Positions 1 through 9,818 are shown, counted from the stretch's first letter. The stretch is 40,677 nucleotides of DNA from Polaromonas sp. (GCA_046593295.1 JBKJOH010000338.1:1-40677); one strand, 5' to 3'. The notes: generated by a model not told the origin, from the sequence alone. Program-made: numbers and translations.

Positions 1-217
1 GTTGTTTGAGCTGTTCAACAAACACAGGCGCAAACAGCAGGCCTGAAGCGACTCATATCAAGGCAGAGTCGTGCGTGAAAAAACCATGCGCGCCGGGGGT
101 GCCTCCGGTGGCTTGGCGGGGGCCTGCAGGAAAGAAAAACAGCAGAACTCGCTAACTCAAGTCAGCTTCAGGCCCATACCTGAATTGGAAAATACTACCC
201 TCTTTCATGTCAACCGA

Positions 218-1639
218 TCAACTCCCCGCCACCTTCATCCTGTTCACCAAAATCGATCCCACCGTTTTCGCCCCGTAGTTGTACGCATCTGCTCCCACGG
301 CCTGTATGCCCATGAGCATATCTTTCAGGTTACCGGCAATCGTGATTTCTTCGACCGGGAAGGCGATTTGCCCTTTCTCGACCCAGAAGCCCGCCGCGCC
401 GGGTGAATAGTCGCCCGTCACGTAGTTCACGCCCTGGCCCATCAGTTCGGTCACAAACAGGCCTGTGCCCAGCTTCTTCAGCATGGCATCGAGGTCGTCG
501 CCCGCTTGCGTCTGGCGGCTGTTCATTACCAGATTGTGCGAGCCGCCAGCGTTGCCGGTGGTGCGCATACCGAGCTTGCGAGCTGAATAGGTGCTTAAAA
601 AATAGCCGCGCACAATGCCGGCATCAACAACCGTACGCGCACGGGTCTTCACACCTTCATCATCAAACGGCACACTGCCCTTGCCCTTGGCGAGGTGCGG
701 GTCTTCAATGATGTCGATATGGCTGGGGAAAGCCGGCTTGCCCATGCTGTTGAGCAAAAACGTACTCTTTCGGTAGATCGCACCGCCGCTGACGGCCTGC
801 ACAAACCCGCCTAGCAAGCCCGCTGCCAGGGGTGACTCAAACAGCACCGGGCACTCGCAGGTTTTGACCTTGCGGCTTTTCAGGCGTGACAGTGCGCGCT
901 CTGCGGCATAGCGGCCAACCACGGCCGGGCTGGCCAGCTCGCTGGCATCGCGCATCGAGCTGTACCAGGCATCGCGCTGCATGTCGCCGTTTTTGCCGGG
1001 CGATGAAGCAATCGGCGCAACTGAAATACTGTGCCGCGAACTCGCGTAACCACCCCTAAAACCCCGCGTGTGGGCGCTGAAAAAATGGCTCTGCTGGGCC
1101 GACACGCCAGCGCCTTCGCTGTTGGTGATGCGTTTTGACGTGGACAGTGCCGCAGCTTCACATTCCAGCGCTATTTTTGCCGCTTCTTCGCTGGTAATCG
1201 ACCAGGGGTGGAATAAATCCAGCTCGGGGTGAATGCGTGCAATGTCGCGGTCGGCAGGCAGGCCGGATGATTTGTCTTCTGCCGTAAAGCGGGCAATGTC
1301 GTATGCCGCCTTGACGGTTTGTTTGATGGCAGCATCAGAAAAATCGCTGGTGGCTGCATTGCCGCGCTTTTGGCCGACGTAGACCGTAATACCCAATGAT
1401 TTGTCGCGGTTGCGTTCGACGTTTTCAAGTTCGCCCTTGCGCACGCTGACCGACAGGCCGCAGCCCTCGGAGGCCTCGGCAGCGGCATCGGTTGCACCCA
1501 ATTTTTTGGCATGGCTGAGTGCGCTGTCCACCAGGTGTTCAAAAAAATCGCGGTGGTAACTGAAGCCTTTTTCGGGCTGGGTTGATGGTCGGGCTGCGGA
1601 TGGCTGGCGCGAAACGGCTTGGGGGGTCTTTGGTGTCAT
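218..1639 (-). CDS. pmbA: Metalloprotease PmbA (TldE)
   Basis: TldD/PmbA motifs (VERNRDKSLGITVY, FDDEGV, TGNAGG, GQGVNYVTGDYS, FPVEEITIAGNL). Start moved from the ORF-track 1777 to ATG 1639 (MTPKTPQ). Confidence 0.95.
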   Translation of the reverse strand: MTPKTPQAVSRQPSAARPSTQPEKGFSYHRDFFEHLVDSALSHAKKLGATDAAAEASEGCGLSVSVRKGELENVERNRDKSLGITVYVGQKRGNAATSDFSDAAIKQTVKAAYDIARFTAEDKSSGLPADRDIARIHPELDLFHPWSITSEEAAKIALECEAAALSTSKRITNSEGAGVSAQQSHFFSAHTRGFRGGYASSRHSISVAPIASSPGKNGDMQRDAWYSSMRDASELASPAVVGRYAAERALSRLKSRKVKTCECPVLFESPLAAGLLGGFVQAVSGGAIYRKSTFLLNSMGKPAFPSHIDIIEDPHLAKGKGSVPFDDEGVKTRARTVVDAGIVRGYFLSTYSARKLGMRTTGNAGGSHNLVMNSRQTQAGDDLDAMLKKLGTGLFVTELMGQGVNYVTGDYSPGAAGFWVEKGQIAFPVEEITIAGNLKDMLMGIQAVGADAYNYGAKTVGSILVNRMKVAGS

Positions 1640-1811
1640 ATGGGTAGCTATGATACTGACTGTTATGGGCGCTTCTAGAAATTCAGATTTTCGGGATGAA
1701 GTGCAAGGCGCACGGAGCGCAGCAACCGCAATGTACTTCAGGTACATGAGGATTGCGAGCACCGCGCAACGCCGCAATTCGCCCGAAAAATGAATTTATA
1801 GAAGTGCCCTT

Positions 1812-2432
1812 ATGAACACCAAGACTTCCAAGGCCAACAAGCCAGTAATCAAAGGCTACTGGTCCAACGGCCGCTTCGTCAAACCGGAAGAAATCGCGCT
1901 TGAAGAAGTCGGCCCGCCCAGCAAAACCCAGCTTAAGGCCGAAGCCGACGAAAAGCAGGCGCTTGGCGAGGCGCTGCTGACCCTGCGCGCCGACCTGATG
2001 GCGCGGCTTGATTTGCCCGACAAACTGTTAGACGCGATTGCCGAAGCGAAAAAAATCACCAACTTTGAAGGCAAGCGCAGGCAGATGCAGTTCATCGGCA
2101 AGCTGATGCGCCCGCTGGATGCAGAGCCGATACGCGAAGCCATCAACGAGCAGCTCAATGGTTCGGCGCAGCTCACGCTGGCCCTGCACCTGGCCGAGCA
2201 GTGGCGCGACAAGCTGGTGCTGGATGACGAAGCGATGGGCGCATGGCTGACCGAATTCCCCGCCACTGACTCGCAACAATTACGCGCGCTGATTCGCCAG
2301 GCCCGCAAAGACTCAAAGCCTGAAAAACCCGTCAGCTTTGGTGAGGCCCCGCGCCACGCCAAGTCGTACCGCGAGATTTTTCAGCTGGTCAAGGCGACCA
2401 TGAAGAGCAAGGCTGAAGGTGGCGACGTATGA
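1812..2432 (+). CDS. yjgA: Ribosome biogenesis factor YjgA/DarP (DUF615)
   Basis: PSKTQLK, EGKRRQMQFIGKLMR, QQLRALIRQARK and YREIFQ motifs. Divergent from pmbA, the usual arrangement. Confidence 0.93.
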   Translation: MNTKTSKANKPVIKGYWSNGRFVKPEEIALEEVGPPSKTQLKAEADEKQALGEALLTLRADLMARLDLPDKLLDAIAEAKKITNFEGKRRQMQFIGKLMRPLDAEPIREAINEQLNGSAQLTLALHLAEQWRDKLVLDDEAMGAWLTEFPATDSQQLRALIRQARKDSKPEKPVSFGEAPRHAKSYREIFQLVKATMKSKAEGGDV

Positions 2433-3025
2433 CTGTTCCGTATGACCCGGTAAAAATCGGCATCGTCTCGGTCAGCGACCGCGCATCGAGTGGCGTGTAC
2501 GTTGACAAAGGCCTGCCCGCCTTAAAAGAATGGCTGACCCGCGCGCTGCTCAACCCCATCACGTTTGACGAGCGCCTAATCCCCGACGAGCAGGCAGGCA
2601 TCAGCCAAGCGTTGATAGCACTGGTTGATGCAGGCTGCTCGCTGGTGCTGACCACAGGCGGCACCGGCCCTGCACTGCGCGACGTGACGCCCGAGGCCAC
2701 GCTGGCTGTGGCGCACAAGCAGATGCCCGGCTTTGGCGAGCAGATGCGGCAGATCAGTTTGCGCTTTGTGCCGACGGCCATACTGTCGCGCCAATGCGCC
2801 GTGGTTCGTGACAAAAGTCTCATCATCAACCTTCCCGGCCAACCTAAATCTATCGCTGAAACGCTGGAGGGGTTAAAAAGTGACAGTGGTGAGCAAATCG
2901 TGCCTGGCATATTTGCCGCCGTGCCCTATTGCATTGACCTGATAGGTGGGCCTTATTTGGAAACTGACAGCCAGGTGTGCAAGGCGTTCAGGCCCAAGTC
3001 AGCACTGCGCATACCAGCCCCTTAG
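2429..3025 (+). CDS. mog: Molybdopterin adenylyltransferase Mog
   Basis: VSDRAS, TTGGTGPALRDVTPEAT, NLPGQPKSI, AVPYCIDLIGGPY. ATGA overlap with yjgA. Confidence 0.96.
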   Translation: MTVPYDPVKIGIVSVSDRASSGVYVDKGLPALKEWLTRALLNPITFDERLIPDEQAGISQALIALVDAGCSLVLTTGGTGPALRDVTPEATLAVAHKQMPGFGEQMRQISLRFVPTAILSRQCAVVRDKSLIINLPGQPKSIAETLEGLKSDSGEQIVPGIFAAVPYCIDLIGGPYLETDSQVCKAFRPKSALRIPAP

Positions 3026-3039
3026 AAAGAACCCTTGCG

Positions 3040-4524
3040 ATGTTCCATACCGCTACTAAAAATAAACAAAAAACGGCCACAACCGTTGTTTTACGAGCGC
3101 TAGCAGCTTCTCTTTTTATAGCATCAGCAACTCTGGCGCAGTCTCAAACGCAGGCGCGCCCCGAAGAGCCCAGCCTGCCCTACACCATCAAGCCGTCTGA
3201 CAAACTCATCAGGCTCAGTCGCGAGATGCTGGTCAGCCCACAGGCCTGGGCTGAAGTGGCCAAGTACAACCAGTTGAAAGACCCTAACCTGATCTTCCCC
3301 GGCCAGAAGCTGAACATTCCGCTGCGCTACCTCAAATCAAAGCCTTCGACAGGCAAAATCATCAGTGCAGATGGCGATGTCACGCTGGGCGGCAACCCGA
3401 CGCAGCCGGATGCCGCGATTGCCGATGGCAGTCAGCTTAAAACCGGCATCAACAGCTCTGCCATCATCGAGCTGGGCGATGGCAGCCGCATCAAGATCCT
3501 GCCCAACAGCCTGGCCCAAGTCGTCACCAACCGCGACTACGCCATGCGCGATTCATCGGCCAGCGGGTCAACCAACTGGTTTTCAGGCTTGATGCGCTTG
3601 AGTGCGGGCGCACTGGAAGCTCTGGCCTCTAAAACCGCAAACCGTGCAACCCCGCTGAAAATTGAAACACCCACCTCGGTAGTCGGCGTGCGCGGTACCG
3701 AGTTTCGCGTCGCCTTTGACGACCCGGCGATCAACCCATCTAACGCAGCCCGCACTGAAGTCATTGAAGGCAAGGTCAGGGCCGACAACCCGGCCCAGCA
3801 AAGCGGCGCAGATTTACCCATGGGTACGGGTGCAGTGGTCAAGCCGACCGAGAAAGACATCAAGGTCGTCATTCTGCTGCCTGCTCCCGACCTGACGAAC
3901 ACGCCAGCCGAAGTACTCAAGCCCCTGGGTGCCTGGCCCATGCCCATGCTTGCTGGCGCATCGGCTTACCGGGTGCAGGTGTCCAGTGACGAGAAGTTTG
4001 ACAAGATCGTGCGCAACCTCAAGGTCGAATCTGGCAACGCCGACCTAGCGGATCTGGCCAATGGCAACTGGTTTGCCCGCGTGCGCGGCATTGATGGTGT
4101 CGGACTGGAAGGGTTCGATGCCGTCAAGCTGATCCTCGTTAAAGACGGCCAGTGGCGCGTCAGCTACTCCAGCATGAACGTCTCTGGCGGCCAGACCGTA
4201 CTCAGCTGGATAGGCCAGCAGTCTAACGGCCAGCCCTTTGTGGGCAGCGGCTATACCGCCGTGGTGGCGCGTGACCAAGCTTTGAAAGATATGGTCACCA
4301 CTGCCACCAAAGAAGTCACCGGAAGCGGCAACAAGCTGGCCCTGGGCGACCTGAAACCCGGCGTGTACTTCATCCGCCTGCGCGGCAAGCCCGCACAAAG
4401 CAGCGCTACAGCCACTGCAAGCGCTTCAAACGTCATGGACAGTGAAATCTACCGTTTTGAAATTCCCAGCAACTGGGGTCGCAGTGTTTTTGACCTGACG
4501 TCATCGCTACAGGCTGTGAAATAG
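3040..4524 (+). CDS. Secreted LysM + FecR-domain protein with C-terminal beta-sandwich (FN3-like) regions
   Basis: Signal-peptide-like N-terminus from ATG 3040. LysM motif YTIKPSD...YNQLKDPNLIFPGQKLNIP and FecR motif IETPTSVVGVRGTEFRV. Confidence 0.8.
   Translation: MFHTATKNKQKTATTVVLRALAASLFIASATLAQSQTQARPEEPSLPYTIKPSDKLIRLSREMLVSPQAWAEVAKYNQLKDPNLIFPGQKLNIPLRYLKSKPSTGKIISADGDVTLGGNPTQPDAAIADGSQLKTGINSSAIIELGDGSRIKILPNSLAQVVTNRDYAMRDSSASGSTNWFSGLMRLSAGALEALASKTANRATPLKIETPTSVVGVRGTEFRVAFDDPAINPSNAARTEVIEGKVRADNPAQQSGADLPMGTGAVVKPTEKDIKVVILLPAPDLTNTPAEVLKPLGAWPMPMLAGASAYRVQVSSDEKFDKIVRNLKVESGNADLADLANGNWFARVRGIDGVGLEGFDAVKLILVKDGQWRVSYSSMNVSGGQTVLSWIGQQSNGQPFVGSGYTAVVARDQALKDMVTTATKEVTGSGNKLALGDLKPGVYFIRLRGKPAQSSATATASASNVMDSEIYRFEIPSNWGRSVFDLTSSLQAVK
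3069..3123 (-). repeat. ~55 bp REP/MITE-like repeat, copy 1 (diverged), inside the LysM-FecR CDS
   Basis: Reverse complement TGCTATAAAAAGAGAAGCTGCTAGCGCTCGTAAAACAACGGTTGTGGCC aligns without gaps to the trmJ copy, 33/49 by hand count. Confidence 0.7.
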
Positions 4525-4550
4525 GCACAAAATTTCCGATTTTGACAGCA

Positions 4551-4605
4551 AAAAGTGGCCGCAGGCCTTTAAATACGGGCGTGACAAGCTACTAAATAAA
4601 TAGCA
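4551..4605 (-). repeat. ~55 bp REP/MITE-like repeat, copy 2, intergenic between convergent genes
   Basis: Reverse complement TGCTATTTATTTAGTAGCTTGTCACGCCCGTATTTAAAGGCCTGCGGCCACTTTT matches the mutS copy at 45/55 without gaps. Confidence 0.9.
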
Positions 4606-4620
4606 TCTACGGCAACCACA

Positions 4621-5400
4621 TCACTTGCCAACCAGTTGGTTAAGCTTGTCGGCTTCAAAGGTTTCTTCGCGCGCTGCATCCATCGGCACACAGTCCCTGC
4701 GCGGACTGGCCGCTGTGCTTGACAGCGTCTCAATCGCCTGCCATAGCAGCGCAATCTGGTGCTCTTGCGACGAGGCGTTGTCGATCAGCCCCTTCATGGC
4801 CTGGCCAATGGGGTCGTCGTCCAGCGTGATGCCGTAGGCAGAAAACTTGGTTTCAGGTGCTGTAACATCGGCGCTTTCGCCCGCTTTGGACAGGATGATG
4901 CGTGCCGGAATGCCCACCGCCGTGGCTCCGGCAGGCACGGGCTTAATCACCACTGCGTTGCTGCCTATCTTGGCCCCGTCACCCACCACAAAGCCGCCCA
5001 GCACTTTGGCCCCGGCGCTGACCACCACGTCGCGGCCCAGCGTGGGGTGGCGTTTTTCGCCCTTGTAGAGCGACGTGCCGCCCAGCGTCACGCCCTGGTA
5101 AATCGTGCAGCCGTCGCCAATTTCGGCAGTCTCGCCCACCACCACGCCCATCGCATGGTCAAAAAACACCCGCTCGCCAATTTTTGCACCAGGGTGGATC
5201 TCGATACCCGTCAGCCCACGTGCGATGTGCGAAATAAAGCGCCCCAGCCACTTGAAGCCGTGCGTCCAGCAGGCGTGTGCCCAGCGGTGCAACACCAGCG
5301 CGTGCAGGCCGGGGTAGCAGGTCAGCACTTCCCAGGCCGTACGGGCGGCAGGGTCACGGTCAAGAATGCACTGGATGTCGGAGCGGAGTCTGGAGAACAT
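4621..5400 (-). CDS. cysE: Serine O-acetyltransferase
   Basis: RDPAAR...[34 protein letters not shown] and hexapeptide repeats. Confidence 0.96.
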   Translation of the reverse strand: MFSRLRSDIQCILDRDPAARTAWEVLTCYPGLHALVLHRWAHACWTHGFKWLGRFISHIARGLTGIEIHPGAKIGERVFFDHAMGVVVGETAEIGDGCTIYQGVTLGGTSLYKGEKRHPTLGRDVVVSAGAKVLGGFVVGDGAKIGSNAVVIKPVPAGATAVGIPARIILSKAGESADVTAPETKFSAYGITLDDDPIGQAMKGLIDNASSQEHQIALLWQAIETLSSTAASPRRDCVPMDAAREETFEADKLNQLVGK

Positions 5401-5596
5401 ACGCAGAGTCTACCGGGACACCCGACTTGGCGCTTAGAGCGTCAACAATGTTCGCTGTGACTGGCAATCCACGCCTGATTTGAGTAAAAACTCACCAATC
5501 CATTAAATAGTTCAACACGCCAATCGTTTGTCGGGCAAACTACATTGATAGATGTGATGCGAAGCGTCGCCAACAAACCCAAACGCGAGAGTATTT

Positions 5597-6196
5597 ATGG
5601 ACACCCTTGCAAGCGGATCAGACCAGTGGACCCACACACAGGTAGCGGAGCTGCTGATTTCGCACACCGCCCTGACCGAACTGAGCCTGGACGATGCCCG
5701 CAAGATTGCCCAGCGTATGCACAGCGTGTCGATCAAGAAAGGCGTGGTACTGGTGCAAGAGGGCACATCCGCCAACAACTACATGCTGCTCATACTGCGC
5801 GGTGAAGGCGTGGTTGAGAACGAGTCCCTGAAAAAATCGGACTCCCTGATTCTGTGTGTCGTCGGGGCTGGCCACATCATTGGCGAGATGGGGCTGCTTG
5901 ATGACGAGCCGCGCTCGGCCACCTGCACCGCGTTTACCGACATGGATGTTGCCGTGCTGGACCGCACAGCGCTGACGCAGTTGATAGCGCAAGAGCCCGC
6001 CCTCGGTTGCAAATTTCTGGCGGCACTTTTGCAACGCACATCCAGCCGTTTGCGCATCACCAATAAAAAACTCCGGGCGCTGACGCAAATCAACCGGACG
6101 CTGGAGCATGAAATAAGCGCCGTTAACCCCGCCCGGGCTGCACCCATAGCCACACCAAAGGCCGCTAGAGAGACCGACAACCCGCTGATGTTCTGA
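5597..6196 (+). CDS. Cyclic nucleotide-binding domain protein (Crp-like N-domain, no obvious HTH)
   Basis: GAGHIIGEMGLLDDEPRSATCTA phosphate-binding cassette followed by a C-helix. Confidence 0.85.
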   Translation: MDTLASGSDQWTHTQVAELLISHTALTELSLDDARKIAQRMHSVSIKKGVVLVQEGTSANNYMLLILRGEGVVENESLKKSDSLILCVVGAGHIIGEMGLLDDEPRSATCTAFTDMDVAVLDRTALTQLIAQEPALGCKFLAALLQRTSSRLRITNKKLRALTQINRTLEHEISAVNPARAAPIATPKAARETDNPLMF

Positions 6197-6219
6197 TACG
6201 GAGGAGCCCGCCCAGGTTC

Positions 6220-7056
6220 TCAGTTGCCCTGCCTGCCTGCCGTCGCTGCGGCTTTTTGCAGCATCGCCTTGGCCACCCCGCGCAGGATGTGGATTTCTTC
6301 AGGGCTGAGTTGTGCGCGGTTAAACAGCTGGTTGAGCCGGGGCATGAGTTTTTTCGGTGCGGCGGGATCGAGAAAGCCGATGCCAGTCAACGCTTCTTCC
6401 CAGTGCCTGAGCATGCCCGCCACCGCCGCCGCATCGGCCAGTTGCGGCCCGTCGGTCGCGCTCTGAACTGCAAAGCCGCCAAGGGCTTCACGCCAGTCAT
6501 AAGCAATCAGTTGCACCGCAGCCCCCAGGTTGAGCGAGCCAAACTTCGGGTCAGTCGGAATGCTCAAACACACATGGCAGCGGTACACGTCTTCGTTTTG
6601 CATACCAAAGCGCTCAGAGCCGAACAAAAAGGCCACGCCAGACGGCCTTACGGCATCAAAAGTGCCGTTTTTTTGTGCAGAATCAGGCTGTAACCCAATA
6701 AATACGGGCGCAAGCAGCTCCTGATTTAATAGCAAATTCTTGTCGTGACCGAGCAACTGCGCAAAATGCGCGCGCGGCGCCAGCGTTGGCGGGCCAAAGT
6801 CCCGCGGTGTCATGGCGGTGGCGCAGAGGTGCGTCATGCCGTCGAGCGCTTCATCGAGCGTTTCGACAATCCGCGCATTGGCCAGCACATCCAGCGCACC
6901 GCTGGCGCGCTGAATCGTTTCTTCGCGCCGCAGCACATTGGCCCAGCGCGGCTTGACCAGCACCATGTCGTCAAAGCCCATGACCTTCATGGCGCGCGCC
7001 GCCGCGCCTACGTTGCCAGCGTGGCTGGTGTGGATGAGGATGAAGCGCGTTTTCAT
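6220..7056 (-). CDS. trmJ: tRNA (cytidine/uridine-2'-O)-methyltransferase, TrmJ family (SPOUT)
   Basis: SHAGNVGAAARAMKVMGF, FLFGSERFG, SLNLGAAVQL. Lies between cysE and suhB. Confidence 0.92.
   Translation of the reverse strand: MKTRFILIHTSHAGNVGAAARAMKVMGFDDMVLVKPRWANVLRREETIQRASGALDVLANARIVETLDEALDGMTHLCATAMTPRDFGPPTLAPRAHFAQLLGHDKNLLLNQELLAPVFIGLQPDSAQKNGTFDAVRPSGVAFLFGSERFGMQNEDVYRCHVCLSIPTDPKFGSLNLGAAVQLIAYDWREALGGFAVQSATDGPQLADAAAVAGMLRHWEEALTGIGFLDPAAPKKLMPRLNQLFNRAQLSPEEIHILRGVAKAMLQKAAATAGRQGN
6686..6736 (-). repeat. REP/MITE-like repeat, copy 3, in-frame inside trmJ
   Basis: TTTGCTATTAAATCAGGAGCTGCTTGCGCCCGTATTTATTGGGTTACAGCC, 44/51 identical to the mutS copy. Encodes LLLNQELLAPVFIGLQP. 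Confidence 0.9.
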
Positions 7057-7176
7057 GAGGGCTGTGTCAGGTCCAGAGATGAGCCGTTAAAATAACGCTA
7101 TTGTCGCTGTCCCGGTTACCGGGTTGCAGTCCGGCGCACCCCCAGTGCGCGCCCCACACGCTCTTCTTCAAAATTT

Positions 7177-8178
7177 ATGTCCAGCAATCTCCACCCCATG
7201 CTCAACGTGGCCATCAAGGCTGCGCGCGCCGCTGGCGCCATCATCAACCGCGCTGCGCTTGATATTGAATCGGTTCGCATCTCGACCAAACAGACCAATG
7301 ACTTCGTCACTGAAGTTGATCAGGCTGCCGAGGCCGTCATCATCGAAACACTACTCACCGCCTACCCCGACCACGGCATTTTGGCCGAAGAATCGGGCAG
7401 CGAGCATGGCGCAAAAGATTCAGACTTCATCTGGATCATCGACCCGCTGGACGGCACCACCAACTTCATCCATGGCTTTCCGGTTTACTGCGTCAGCATT
7501 GCCCTTAGCGTTAAAGGCAAGGTCGAGCAAGCCGTGGTGTACGACCCCACCCGCAACGATATTTTTTGCGCCACCAAAGGCCGTGGTGCCTACATGAATG
7601 ACCGCCGCATCCGCGTGGCCAAGCGCACCCGTCTGCAAGAATGCCTGCTGTCAACCGGCTTCCCCTACCGCCCCGGCGACAAACTCAAAATGCACCTGAG
7701 CATGTTGGGCGACATCATTCCCCAATGCGCTGGTGTGCGCCGCCCCGGTGCCGCAGCGCTGGATCTGGCCTACGTGGCCGCCGGTTTTAGCGATGGCTTT
7801 TTTGAACTCAGCCTCAAACCCTGGGATGTGGCCGCAGGCTCGCTACTCGTGACTGAAGCGGGCGGCCTGGTGGGTAACTTCACCGGCGAGTCAGAGTTTT
7901 TGTATGAAGGCGAATGTGTTGCCGGCAACCCCCGCATCTACGGCCAGATGGTGACCACGCTGGGCAAATACAGCAAGTTTGCGGGCACTGTGAAAGCCCG
8001 AACCCAAAGCACCCAAAGCACCCCAAAAGGCGCATTGGCACAAGCTAATGCAGCCGCTGATCGTGACGATGGCGAGGCCAACGACCAAGCCGTTGTTGTG
8101 GCCGCGTTTGAAAAAGCCAGCACCACGCTAACCGCCAAGCCCAAGCGCATCAAACCCGCCAGCACTGGCAACACATAA
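7177..8178 (+). CDS. suhB: Inositol monophosphatase family protein SuhB
   Basis: [24 protein letters not shown]. Low-complexity C-terminal tail. Confidence 0.95.
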   Translation: MSSNLHPMLNVAIKAARAAGAIINRAALDIESVRISTKQTNDFVTEVDQAAEAVIIETLLTAYPDHGILAEESGSEHGAKDSDFIWIIDPLDGTTNFIHGFPVYCVSIALSVKGKVEQAVVYDPTRNDIFCATKGRGAYMNDRRIRVAKRTRLQECLLSTGFPYRPGDKLKMHLSMLGDIIPQCAGVRRPGAAALDLAYVAAGFSDGFFELSLKPWDVAAGSLLVTEAGGLVGNFTGESEFLYEGECVAGNPRIYGQMVTTLGKYSKFAGTVKARTQSTQSTPKGALAQANAAADRDDGEANDQAVVVAAFEKASTTLTAKPKRIKPASTGNT

Positions 8179-8199
8179 AAACCTGACCAAGGTGCGGCA

Positions 8200-8221
8200 G
8201 AAGCGACTTTGCAGTCGCTTC
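8200..8221 (+). terminator. Hairpin downstream of suhB (possible terminator)
   Basis: GAAGCGACT-TTGC-AGTCGCTTC, a perfect 9 bp stem. The U-tract is weak. Confidence 0.45.
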
Positions 8222-8273
8222 GCTTAAAGCATCTCCCCGCGGCACGCACGTTGACCTAGAGTTTCAATGTCTT

Positions 8274-8297
8274 GTATTCCATACATGTATAGAATAC
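8274..8297 (+). promoter_or_regulatory. Palindromic operator overlapping the -10 box of the HTH gene
   Basis: GTATTCCATACATGTATAGAATAC, a 24 bp palindrome with one mismatched pair. Contains TAGAAT (8290-8295), 7 nt before ATG 8303. Confidence 0.7.
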
Positions 8298-8302
8298 TGG
8301 TC

Positions 8303-8812
8303 ATGTCACCATCACTTCATAATATCGCCAAAGACCTTCGCACCCTACGGATTTCCAAAGGCATGACGCAGCAAGCGCTGGCCGACGCTGCGGGTATCAG
8401 CCGCACCACGCTGGTTCAAATCGAAAAAGGTAAAGACGCTCAAATGTCCAGCATAGCCATGGCCGGACAGGTGCTCGGCGTAACGGTCGGCGTTTTGCAA
8501 GAGTCCCCAGAGATTACAAGGCGCAGGCAAGCGCGCGCTGACAACCAAACCAAGCTGGCCGCGTCACGCGAGAAGCATTTGAAGCTCGCCGTCAAGTTCG
8601 CACTGGGTGGCCCTGAGGCGATAGCGCTTAAGAAAGACGCGCTACGCATGGTCAAGCTCTGGCAAGACAAGCAGCTGTGCAGCCCCGTTTACATAGAGCG
8701 TTGGCTGAAGATTTTGAACGCCAAGCCGCTGCAGGTGGCGCAAAGCTTGACAAAGATGGACGATGAATGGGGCCCAGCGATGCGCCAAAACACGCCTTTC
8801 ACCACATCATGA
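8303..8812 (+). CDS. XRE-family HTH protein with C-terminal RQNTPF-motif domain (putative antitoxin)
   Basis: LRTLRISKGMTQQALADAAGISRTTLVQIEKG HTH. ATGA overlap with the next gene. Confidence 0.8.
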   Translation: MSPSLHNIAKDLRTLRISKGMTQQALADAAGISRTTLVQIEKGKDAQMSSIAMAGQVLGVTVGVLQESPEITRRRQARADNQTKLAASREKHLKLAVKFALGGPEAIALKKDALRMVKLWQDKQLCSPVYIERWLKILNAKPLQVAQSLTKMDDEWGPAMRQNTPFTTS

Positions 8813-9360
8813 ACATCGAAGACATAGACCGCGTGTTGAGTGCGATCCGTGACACCAGCGGACTTGACGAGTTTGTAGTGATCGGCAGCTTGTCGGCACT
8901 GGGTATTACCGGTGGCAACCTTCCAGCGCGCATGACATGGTCGATGGAGGTGGATGCCTACCCGGAGCGTGACCCCCACAGAGCGCCTGAGTTTTCTGAA
9001 CAATTCGGCGAAGGTAGCGCCTTTCACCAGGCGCATGGCTACTACTTTGATGCAGTCAGCCCAGACCTGCCCACGCTGCCCGAAGGCTGGGAGCAGCGCC
9101 TAATTAAGCAAGTGCTTGCCTCGGGCGTAAAGGTTAAATACCTCGACCCCAACGATTGCGCGGTATCGAAGTACGCACGCTCCGAGCCCAAAGACAGGGA
9201 GTGGATCAGGGCAGGCATCGAAGCCGGCATTTTGTCTTTGCCCACCATCGAATACCGAATGCGCGAAACACTTTTCATTGACGATAGCGAACATCGCAAA
9301 GCCAAGGCATCTTTAAAAGAAGATACGGCGTGGTTCAAATCCCTGCGCCATCGCAGATAA
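8809..9360 (+). CDS. DUF6036-like nucleotidyltransferase (putative toxin)
   Basis: VVIGSLSAL, SMEVD, GEGSAFHQAHGYY, LPEGWEQRL and SKYARSEPKD fit a Pol-beta-fold NTase pattern. Start placed at ATG 8809. Confidence 0.75.
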   Translation: MNIEDIDRVLSAIRDTSGLDEFVVIGSLSALGITGGNLPARMTWSMEVDAYPERDPHRAPEFSEQFGEGSAFHQAHGYYFDAVSPDLPTLPEGWEQRLIKQVLASGVKVKYLDPNDCAVSKYARSEPKDREWIRAGIEAGILSLPTIEYRMRETLFIDDSEHRKAKASLKEDTAWFKSLRHRR

Positions 9361-9579
9361 ACGCATACTCAAAATCAGCTGTTGATGCTATTGCCTCAGT
9401 GGCAGCCAAGGTAAAGCCGCACGCTGGATTTGATAACAGCATTGACCACGTCGTTGCCAGTGCAGAGCTTGATTTGATCCAGCAAATCAGCCGTTGTCTT
9501 GGCCGAAAGCAGCAGGTCACCCGTCACCCAACTGTTGCCCATGACAAGCGAAAACAGATGCTCCCCGCATTGGGCAAGG

Positions 9580-9777
9580 CTGGCCTACGTCTCACGCGGG
9601 GCCATGCTCAAGGTGCGTGGCAAGCTCATGCAGGCTGGCAAGACCGACAAGACGATGTTTGGCGCAATTATGATCGCACTGTCGGTGTTGATATTGACCG
9701 GAGCCGACAAGCCTATGGAGGCATGGTTGGTGGAGCACTCGCCCGCTTGGCTCACGCAACTGACAACCCGGTTTTAA
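9580..9777 (+). pseudogene. 3' remnant of a CcdA-family cytochrome c biogenesis membrane protein
   Basis: LILTGADKPMEAWLVEHSPAWLTQLTTRF* resembles the C-terminus of this family as I recall it. No matching 5' part is visible upstream. Confidence 0.6.
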
Positions 9778-9818
9778 TACGCGCTGCCCCTCAATTTGAA
9801 CCGCCACAAGGAACTAGC

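Noticed and set aside
1640-1777. Extended pmbA N-terminus from the ORF track
   Set aside because: It runs through the divergent pmbA/yjgA promoter gap and has no family-like sequence.
8003-8024. Short tandem repeat CCCAAAGCA x2 in the suhB tail
   Set aside because: Only two units in a low-complexity tail, too short to imply phase variation.
9330-9818. N-terminal extension making the HAD ORF 405 aa
   Set aside because: The HAD motif begins at ATG 9819 with its own RBS, and the extension overlaps the ccdA-like remnant in another frame.
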